A program made the position numbers and the translations under genes. A stretch of DNA of 64,000 nucleotides from Rhizodiscina lignyota (taxonomy: Eukaryota): NCBI GenBank assembly GCA_010015805.1, contig ML978127.1, forward strand, positions 372,001 through 436,000, given 5' to 3'. Below, in pieces: positions 51,527 through 64,000 of the stretch (position 1 is the stretch's first letter; every line of letters begins with the position of its first letter). The notes under the pieces are model-generated. The model saw nothing but the letters and a program-made list of their open reading frames with translations, had not been told where the DNA came from and made no database searches.

Positions 51527-52498
51527 GATAAAGAGTGTGACGAAACAAAGGAATATCCAGGACCTCCGAGGCTTCACAGCCTCTTATGCTCTGATTTACA
51601 ATAACTCTTTAAAGCTTCAATTCCACCTCTCCGATAGTTGTGCTCCTGTGTTGGCCAGTGTTTATTCAGTCGCCGTTGTACTCTTGTACCCTGCGGCGAT
51701 CGACTCGGGGGTTTCGGCGGGTAAGGGGCGTCGTATGAAAGAAACGATCGTGGTGCGCTCCGGTGCAGGTCGGAAGGCGAAGTTAGGTTGAAGGTAGGAG
51801 AGAAGTGGTGTACATACGAGAAGTGAAGTTGAGAATGGAGTGTTGAAGGGGCGAAGCAGGTGGCATGTCAGGAGGTGGTACGCCTACGCCGCGCGGCGCG
51901 GTGAAAGCGTGCAATCCGATCTTTGGATTGGCTCGTAGGATGAAACAAACATCTCGACATCACAGGAGCGTTACTTCAGACACGCATCGCTTCACCTCTC
52001 GTCCAAACCTGCTTCCGTGAGAACTGTACGGTCCTGACAACCTGCGTGTTTTGCTACGTATTGCGAGCTCATTCCCAAATTGTATCTTGTTCAGGGCAGT
52101 TGCCACGGTGGCTTGGGTGCACGTGATTCTCATTGCCTCCCGACCCGCCGCTCCATTGCAACCACACTTTCGATCATTCTACTCCCTCACCTAACCACCC
52201 ACTCCAGCTTTACCAACCTCCAATCTTCACAAATCGCTCGATCTGTCATTCTGCGACTAGCCACGACAGATAGCAGCCTCGTTCGTGCAAAATTCGGCAG
52301 AGGCAGTCTTGTAACTCCAGCTGCGACACATCGTGTCAGCGGAACGCACGAGGACCGCAACCAAACGCCTTTCAACAGCTTCTATCCACATTCGACAAAT
52401 CGACCTTCTCTAAAGCTTGCACGCGACCTCTCGTCTACTTCTTGATCTCTCTCCGACCCTTTTGCGCATCCTCAGCACACATATCAGTCATAGAAACA

Positions 52499-53424
52499 AT
52501 GGCGGACCGTGATCAGCCATACGACCCCTACATCCCAACTGGCGGCAATGGCGGCGCCAGTGGTGGACAAGGAGGAAATAACCGTACTGCTGCACTTCAA
52601 GCGGTAAGTCAATCATTATGCGCTTGATCTGAGATGTTTGTCTGCGAGTCTTCAAAGCTGGAGACCGATGCGGAGCTGCTGGGAGGCCGAAACTATATTT
52701 GGACGCAAGCTCGAGCACGCGGACCCAACTTTCAAAATGGATTTTACGATTACATTTTGCTCTTCGACAAAGTTGAGCGCCGACCGACCTGCAGATCAGC
52801 CCTTCGCACAACCGCAGAGCCGCTGCTGCCTGGCGTGTTCGCGAAGAATGCCAGCGACAGCGCGTCATTTCTGGATGGCCCGGAAAACTTGGATGATGAA
52901 GTTATAATACAGAATGACCTCTATCTCCGCGGTCACATCGATTATTCGACAAAAGAACATTGCCCAGCAGCTCCGATACATCCATATCCAGATTTGATAC
53001 GGGACGGTGGTGATATTACTGAAAGAGGATATAGCTAACGAAAGACCTTAGGAAATCGACTCAACAGTCGGCATCATGCGCGACAACATCAACAAGGTCT
53101 CCGAACGTGGCGAGCGTCTCGACAGCCTCCAGGATAAGACCGACAACCTGGCAGTGAGCGCCCAGGGATTCCGACGTGGTGCAAACAAGGTCAGGAAGCA
53201 GATGTGGTGGAAGGACATGAAGATGCGCATGTGCATCATTATCGGCATCATCGTCTTACTGATTGTCATCATCGTGCCGTCTGGTAAGCGTTCTTCCTTT
53301 TCCTCTAGTCAAGCGGTCTTGGCAGTCAAGGGTGGAGCGGATGAGGAGCTCATGAGAGCATCTTCTTGCGTTAGTTGTAGCAACGCGCTAACTTAGGCCT
53401 ACAGTTGTTGCAACTCGCCATTAG
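52499..53424 (+). CDS. SNC1: Synaptobrevin/VAMP R-SNARE Snc1 (SynA), 3 exons
   Basis: [13 protein letters not shown]...[37 protein letters not shown]...MWWKDMKM plus TM segment. Intron 1 spans 52604-53051. Confidence 0.95.
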
Positions 53425-54160
53425 TGGCCTTCGAAGCAGTTGGCGATGAGGTAGAGTGTAGCAATAGGAAAAAGGTGTGTGTGTGGAGGATCCTTCGGAG
53501 CGAGAAGTTGGAAAGAGGCGAAGCACACGATCTCATGAGGAGGCACGAAGCTCATTCAAACTTCTCTTGCATGGATGACCACTACCCTTGGTCGCTCTTC
53601 GTCGATTCGAAGCAGTGATTGTAACTCTATCTTTCCTCGAGGCGCATGGGAGCGAGTCATGGATTTGGGGTCACCTGTCAACTTTTGACGTTTGATGCAT
53701 TTTCGGATAGCAGGTAGCTTTCTACCATAATGATTTGTCCAGTCTGCTCAATGGCGTAAAATGATGCTCGATGTAGAGGTGCAGGCCTGGCGATCAGAGG
53801 CTTTGCAGAAATTTTCTTTGCTCCCATCCCCGCAAGGGCGCGTCATGCTTGGCGAAAACTCTCTTGCTCCTCCGGCCGGCTCGTCTCGCCTGCGTGACTG
53901 GACTGCGAGCTCGTGAACAAAAATTGTTCCCGCCGCGAACTTTTTCTCATCATCAGCCCACAAACTTCTCCCTCGCCTTGGGCAGTGCTATTCGACCTCT
54001 TTTCTTAGCTCTCTTCTGTCCACAATCTCCACTCCTCGTTTCTCGAACTGCGTGCGATGAATTGAGCGGTCAACACCGCCGATAGAGCTCCCCGCATTCT
54101 GATTGCTTGCGGTGCTCAACTGATGCAGGAAACTCCTGCGTGCTGAACTGCCAATTTTGA

Positions 54161-57022
<2,862 letters not shown>

Positions 57023-58124
57023 AGCGAGCATTTATTGAAATGATACTTATCATTCAGCGTTGATATTAGACGGAAGCTTCACTGCAGCGGATACGAGCGA
57101 AGCTCAGCCCGGATACCTTGCACGGATTTTGTCCACTTTATCGACACTGCACGGCGTTCTAGAGATATTGTGGGCAATGATACTGGTGTATGTATACAGA
57201 CTAGAGACGGTGTCTCAAGTGCTAAAAGCTATTTGCAATTGATTGACAGTGTGTCGAAGCCATATCATCACTGGTGGTCAGAGGTATACTCTGAGTGATA
57301 GTTTGTGCCTGCTACGGAACTGAATTTGTCACGCGCGGTCGAAGACTACCTACTTTGTACCGACGCCCTCAGAAGTTCCAAGAATGATGCTTGCGTGTTT
57401 AATTGACTCCGTGCTCTGAGCCATGTGAGCTTTGGAGTCTCATGGCACGCTTACATTTCGTTGCAGGTCTTTTCTGAAGTAGACAGGCAAGGACTGGCTG
57501 TTTGAGTGTGATTGTCTTGCCACAGATCGATTGCGGATATTGTTTGCGATGTAGGCATGAAAGCAGACACCTGGCATGACAACCAGTGTTATTGATGAAT
57601 GGAGTATTGACTTAACATTATTACTGACCATGATTCCAGAACAAAGGTTGCTCGAATTGAGATTGGACAAACGACAAATGCAAATAGTCAATGGCATTCT
57701 TTATCACATATCATTTAAGGGTTCCCCAGAGGACCCATATGCAAGAAGTGCGTGACATCCGTCGAGGTGACGATCGAGAAACTTTCCCTGGAAATCGTGG
57801 ATATGATCCTGGTGCGGCTCCGATTTCGAGAGATAGCCAGGGAGGACCAGGAGGGTCTGCAAGCGGTGGAATGATACAGCCAGCCGACGTAGCTCCATCT
57901 TTCCACTCCTGAATCCGTTTCCGCCAGCAAATTCACGACGGCTCCTGGTGGGACAACTGGAATGTACTCATTGCTCATCTTGCCTCGAATATATAGCAAT
58001 GATTTTGGGTCGTCTCCTGATAGTTCAGACCCAAGTATGTATGTGTCTCAAGCGCCTCGCGGTGAACATAATAATCTCGGGGATTTTGAAAGTTAATGAC
58101 AGTATACGATCACGTGTTAGCGTG

Positions 58125-58143
58125 TTTCGCGAAGCCGACGCGT
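58125..58143. promoter_or_regulatory. SCB/MCB-like elements upstream of the 58223 gene
   Basis: TTTCGCG at 58125-58131 and ACGCGT at 58138-58143, about 80-100 bp upstream of the ATG. Confidence 0.4.
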
Positions 58144-58222
58144 TAGTCGTGAGCTGGATCGGTACTTCATCCAATGTGCGACATCCGGAGTGACCAAACA
58201 TATTAATATCCAGACAATTGCA

Positions 58223-60419
58223 ATGCCGCCAAAGAACAATCGTAGAATCACTGACTTTTGGAGGCGTTCTGGTTGGCTTAAATCGTCACCAGATGAAGAA
58301 GAAGAAGATCAGGACACCATTGTCGTCGGCGCGATGAGCGGTACCTACTTCAAAGCTGCCTTCACCAGCCATCAAGCTCACACGCATTAGGCAAACCTTC
58401 ACAGCCTGCCCCGAAAGCCTCGCGTCTACCTCGTAGACGAAAGATGTTTGACGATGAAGTGGAGGGTGACATGCCACCCTCTCCACCCCGCCAACAACCT
58501 CCTCCAAACCTCCCGCCAGAACCTCAATCTCTACCTCGAACTTCAACCCACGAAAGCACACCGAACAATGTAGCTCTAGCAACCGTCTCTGCTGACGCGA
58601 CAATGGCAGCTGCGATGCAGCCACCGCCGCCCAGTGCTTCGTTCACCTCATCTCTCACCACCCTTCCGGGAAGCTTAGTTTCAATTTCAAGCACATCAAC
58701 AAAGCGCATATCAAGAGATGGAATTGAGGCTGTGCGCAACTCCGATACCGATAGTGACGACTCGGACTCATCACTCGAGGATATTGGGACCGTATTGGCC
58801 AAGGCCAGTGGACGACCACGTCCTGTAGCCCAACCAACACCACGGGCCACAAATGCGACAAGCGTGAAATCAACATACAGATTCAATTTAGCAGCGCTGG
58901 TTGCCAGTCGTGATCATGAGCGAGCGGCAGCGGAGGAAATCGCACTGGTTGACTCGAAACTAAAGGAGCGGTCTCCCTCTCCCTCACATGGTGTCTCTGG
59001 TGGAGATAGGGACGGCATCAATGAAGAAGCTCTAGCGGAAGTCATAGACGATGATGAAGAAGCCGGCAAGGCGCGCAGAGTTCTCCAGGCGATGCAAAGG
59101 ACTGAGGCATTTGCGGAAGAGCTTGGTTTTAGTTTTTTCGATCCTTCCAGACCCATCAAGTCAGACATTCCTCGATTCCCCGCATCATCTCTACCGTCTC
59201 GAGGCTGGGCATCTCTGTTGCGCCAACCTGGGCAACGAAAACGAACTCTTACCTCAGGGTCTGCTCTCGCAATGTGCAGACGGCATCCTCTACCGGATGA
59301 AATATTGGCGTGGATGATTGACGCAGCATGTACCGGCTCGGACGAGCTATTCAGCTACCGACTCGTGGAAATCTTAGGGCAGGCACAGTCTCAAATCATC
59401 TCGTTTCTGGATGTCGATTTTATTCACCAGCGACTGAAAGGCATGGGAGCACAACCAGAGGTCCTGGACCCAGGTATAAGCCTACAATTAAGTAAAGTCA
59501 GGGCTAGTACGGCTGAGCCACCTCCGGGTTTGCGCTGGTTACTGGAACTCATTCGCATTCTTGCGCCACACTTACCCCCGGCATCCACTGATGGCGGCAT
59601 CATTCTTCTCACCCGATTATCTCTCGATGATAAAGTCCGCAGCGATGGATTGCTAAGCTCTATGGTCCATGACACTATTGGGACGTTAATTGAAGAGGCT
59701 CCTGGGGCCGATGCACCGAACAGAGTAAGAAATTTGCCCAGTACGTCCAGCGGACTGAAGCTAATATATACTTGTAGTTCCTCGTTCTCGCGAAGGTCAT
59801 CTTCCGCACAACTCAAAGCCCAGTACTTCAGCTGGGTTTGATCCAAAACTTTCCCGCGGCATTGCGGCTGTGTCATCGCCTCAGACGGCAACTTGCTCTG
59901 GCCTTTGCCATGTCGGACAAGAAACTTCTAGAAGTTGATTTCGAGGATGGTCAGCTCTTTGACCAAGTCATCCAACATCTGCAGCATTTGTCCACAACGA
60001 CACACAAGGTAGATTACACCTCACTAGGTGCGAGTATCGCAATGCTTGATATTGCGATAGACAGTGGCTTCTCGAACCGCAACTTCGAACATGACAAGGA
60101 TGCCGAGAGATCCTTCAACAACAGCATTTCAGCTGTTGCAAAGGCAGTGAGAGAGCTAGAATCACGTCTCATAGGAGGGGGGATGAACAATTTAAGCAAG
60201 ACTGCCGCAAAGGCCGCACTGGATAGATTGTGGTACCGCCTGCAATACGCAGTCCGAACAAAGCCACCTGTGCAGTCTGGTTGGTTGGATAGTGGCGTAG
60301 AGGAGCAAGAGCGACGGGTTCAGTTGATGAACAACTGGGTAAAGAAGGCAAAGGAGGGACCTCCGAAGAAGGTGCAATTCATGGGGCCTGCGAAGAAGAA
60401 AGCAATGGGGGAGGACTAA
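58223..60419 (+). CDS. Uncharacterised protein (possible Nse6/SLF2-like), 3 exons
   Basis: ATG at 58223 and two GT-AG introns linking the 58444..59841 and 59838..60419 ORFs. Disordered N-terminus and helical C-terminal half. The family assignment is tentative. Confidence 0.75.
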
Positions 60420-62928
60420 TATTCGGCAACTAGTGTTTATTTCAAAGATTTCTTTAAGATACCCCTTACGTTTTGTACATTCAATAGCCGCTCAGATTTA
60501 AGCCGACTTGGGTTGAGCAGAGTCGGAAAGATGCGAAACAACCTCTACGATAGATAGCTGATTGAAGAAGCACCTGTAGCCAGCTTAGCATCAGTCCAGG
60601 AAAATCTATTGTCCCTCTCCAAGTAATCATTACTTTAAATGTTATACTCTTCGTCGCATTTAGTTCTATTCATCAATGGAGATAGCCAAACCTGTCTGCC
60701 GGCTTTCCCTGAGTGATATCCAGCTTCCGAGTCTCGTCCACGTTAAGGAATGTCTCTCGATTTTGAGAATAAATTAAGCTTCCTTGCACATAGCTGGTGC
60801 AGACCGTGATCGCCTAGCAGCGAAGCGCAAATATGGGGAAGTCTAATCACAGATCACTCGCTGGACCAAAAAATCAAAACCACGAGCCGACTCTGCGGTA
60901 TTCATTAACTCTATGGGCTATCCCTTGGCCATGAATTTTCGGGTAGCGCCAGAAATGGAAGCGTCACTATCGGACCGTATACAATGGCGTGAATCCATCC
61001 CAGGGGGAGAAGACACGAGATTGGCGAGCACGAATGTATGCGGCATTCCGACCCAGCCACATGCATATTCTACTCCTGCTGGAATGGAACTCTTTATTTC
61101 GGCAATTCGAGTGCCACCGGACAGGCTACCCTTAGAATTGCTGCTCGACGGGAATGGAGGCTTAAGTTTTGGAGCAGAGCATTGTAGTCAAGTGGATGGA
61201 CTACACAGGCAATGGTATACAGGTAGACTCATTGTAATATTAGCAGTGAAGGAGAGGGTGATAGAGATTCCAAGTCGAACAGATGAGAGCAGAGGCACAG
61301 AAGCAAATATAATTTCAGGATACGTGTAACACTCCCACTTACAACATTAGGGAGGTGAATTGCCAAGATAACGGTTTGAGAGAGCAGGAAACCGAGGAGT
61401 ACATAGTGACAATTTCCCAGGGTATATATCCAGCCAGCTCTTCTAATTCGTCCAAGGACGTAAAAGATCCTAAAAATATATGAGGCCAGAGCGAGGAAAG
61501 CTCTCTTATGTGAATATTTGAACCACGTGGGTGAATCATTTTCCAAAGGTTATGAATTTGTGCCAAGGGACAGCGCGCCGTCGCGGACAAGTGTGGGATG
61601 AGTGGGGCAAGGGGGGAACTAAGGAGACTTTTGGAGCCCTGAATTTGCTTGAGTCAGTTCTCTGGTCGTCCGCGTCGTCTCGACATTTTGATGCACAGTG
61701 CTCGAGCCTCGAGAAAATTCGTCCGATATTACCACGTATTCCAACAGCCGCTTCCTAATAATCCATGTATTTAAATAATTGGCGCGTATACCATTGTGCA
61801 CATTCTGTAGAGTTTGCGAGTGAGTACAAACGGGGCTGAGCTCTCCTCACGGCGCCCAGGAAACTGCCATTGATCGTGTGCTTATTCACGCACACCTCCG
61901 CACGTCATCCGAGGGCGAGCTGCATATTGCTGATGTCGAGGCTGACGATAGCCATTGCATAGGGCCAAGTATGTGGAATCGAGAGTGCGGCCGAGAAAAG
62001 GCCAGTCCAAGTGGATGTCATGTCGTGGAGCGTACACAAAGGTATCGTTTTGTCGGCGTTTCGTCACCGGGTGCGAAAGCGGCGTGGGACGCGAGATGAC
62101 AACTTGTTGCAGAACTCCAGCTCGGACGATCTGGCCGGAGGATGGTGGAAGCGAGAACGAGCGCGTGTCACTGGATGTCTGCGAGTTCTCAAATACCTAG
62201 CTATCGCTGAGAATTGAGTGCTGGCCGGATGAAGGCGGGCAAGTGGTGCAAATAGCTCAGGAGCTACGCGGGTATCGGCGTGTGCAATGTAGATGGTTTC
62301 TAATAGTAGCAGCAGAGGGCGTCGATGACCCTGGTGTGGCTTGGGCTTGGAAGTGTATGGGGAGTCTGGCAGTTTGGTGTGATTGCTAGGCATGCCTGCC
62401 AAGGGTCCGCAGACCTGCCGCATAGAGGAGCAGCAGGGCAAGCGCGACTTGAACCGCCTGAACGTGCTGACCAAAGCAAATCATCCATCCTTCCAAGCTG
62501 CCGTCCCCTTGCGATGAAATTACACCTCGCCTCTGCCATTTCACGCTCCGCAACACCTCCAATCGCTGCATTCCACCAATTCGCATCCACCTAACGAGTC
62601 TGCCGACTTCTCAGCGCGCTGTCTGTCCTTCTTTGAAACGCCGACAGGGGTTGACATGCCGCGCCGTTGCGAGATCATATCTTTCTGCTCCGCTGCCCCC
62701 ATCTTTTGAACGCCAACCTCTCCATCCACGAGAACCCTCCGCCAACACCGCACGAAGCACCAATCTTCCACGCCGAATCCCAAGCTTGCAGCCGCTTGTA
62801 GGAGTAGAGAGTAGCGACGATTCTGGTGGCCAGAAAAAGCTGACCGGCTCGCGCCGGGCACAGCTTCGCCGCGCTGGACAATTCTCCCTCGAGACTCTGG
62901 ACATCGACTCCTCTCCAGCTTCCTCGAC

Positions 62929-64000
62929 ATGGCGGTCGAATTCCCAGAGGAGCTGCCCAGCGGCACTCAGGCCAAGGACACGTCTGTTCCGGTCAAGAGG
63001 TTACGATGGGCGACACGACGCACCCCTGGTAAGAAGGGTGACACCAAACGACAGTCCATCCTCGCGAAACTCGGCCACAAGAGAGCATCTTCGCGAGCAT
63101 CGTCAACTGGGTCGACGCTGAAAGGCAAGCTTCCCGAAGATCCAGAGGCGGGAACTGGCGGAGATAGTGACATTCAGGAGCCATCCGAGGACACGGGTGG
63201 TAGGACGGTGTACTTCAACATCCCACTACCTCCGGAGGCACGAGATGAGGATGGACATCCTACAGCGCATTATGCGCGGAACAAGATACGAACAGCGAAA
63301 TATACCCCATTGAGGTAAGTTGCCATGTCCGACTCTGAACTCCCCGTGTCTCGCACGCGACATGGGCAGTTCGCAGTACCATCCAGCCCCAATGGAGCAA
63401 CAACTGACAGTCATACTTCCTAGCTTCATACCCAAGAATTTGTACTTCCAGTTTCACAACATCGCGAACGTGTACTTCTTTTTCATCATCATTCTGAGTA
63501 TCTTCTCCATATTCGGCGCGTCGAATCCGGGTCTCAACGCCGTGCCACTTATTGTCATCTTGACTGTAACCGCCATCAAAGATGCCATCGAGGACTGGAG
63601 ACGGACGGTCCTCGATAACGAACTCAATAATGCGCCGGTACATCGGCTCGTCGACTTTGTCAACGTCAACACCGCCGAGGACAAGATCTCCTTGTGGAGG
63701 AAGTTTAAGAAGGCAAATACAAGAGCAGTACTTTGGATATGGAGGAGTATGCGAAAGAACAAGAAGGACGAGAATGGCAAGACTTCTAAGGAAAGAGCTT
63801 TGAATGAGACACGGCCTTCATTTGATCCCCGTCGAGCATCAACATTCTCCCAGGGCTCGAACTTTAGCCGACTTGGTGAAGAGGGTGCCATCCAGATGAC
63901 ACCTGTCCCATCACCACTGCCTGGACAGGGTCCACATGGAGACGATCGGCTTTCAATGGATGGTGAGCCGATGGCTCTCACTACGGACGACAAGATCCAT
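62929..64000 (+). CDS. DNF1: P4-ATPase phospholipid flippase, Dnf1/Dnf2 (DnfA)-type, 5' part only
   Basis: RTVYFN, RNKIRTAKYTPL|SFIPKNLYFQFHNIANVYF, FGA and TAIKDAIEDWRR motifs. Runs off the window end. Confidence 0.9.

Noticed and set aside
57060..58000. Short ORFs between ARG5,6 and the 58223 gene
   Set aside because: All under 100 aa in competing frames, with no recognisable motif.
60913..61546. 138-aa plus-strand ORF and a hydrophobic 105-aa minus-strand ORF
   Set aside because: No recognisable family; cannot be distinguished from intergenic noise.

Overview
Eukaryotic, intron-containing DNA from a filamentous ascomycete (Pezizomycotina: GT-AG introns mostly about 45-140 nt with CTRAY branch points, a Zn2Cys6 factor, AreA). 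About 24 protein-coding loci can be supported. In order: an MFS sugar transporter and a convergent Zn2Cys6 factor (each with one disabling lesion), RIF1, glucose-6-phosphate 1-epimerase, a NUP-family protein, an AZUL-HECT E3 ligase divergent from REI1, two tandem GPI-type wall proteins, GPI16, a hypothetical gene, a ~5.9 kb gene-poor region, areA/nit-2, MRS2/LPE10, YSC84/LSB4, a GH43, SFT1, BYS1, a small secreted protein, a MARVEL-like protein, GH76 DCW1/DFG5, SNC1, ARG5,6, an uncharacterised possibly Nse6/SLF2-like gene, and the 5' part of a DNF1-type P4-ATPase. No transposon, rRNA, tRNA or CRISPR array was recognised. The most striking non-coding signal is three stem-loops in the areA 3' region that share the loop GAGGCAGGCG while their outer stems differ but stay paired. 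Also notable are a dense GATA-site cluster upstream of areA, a uORF overlapping the areA start codon, and four XlnR/AraR-type sites before the GH43. Exon boundaries were read by eye and gene identities come from motif recognition, not database searches.
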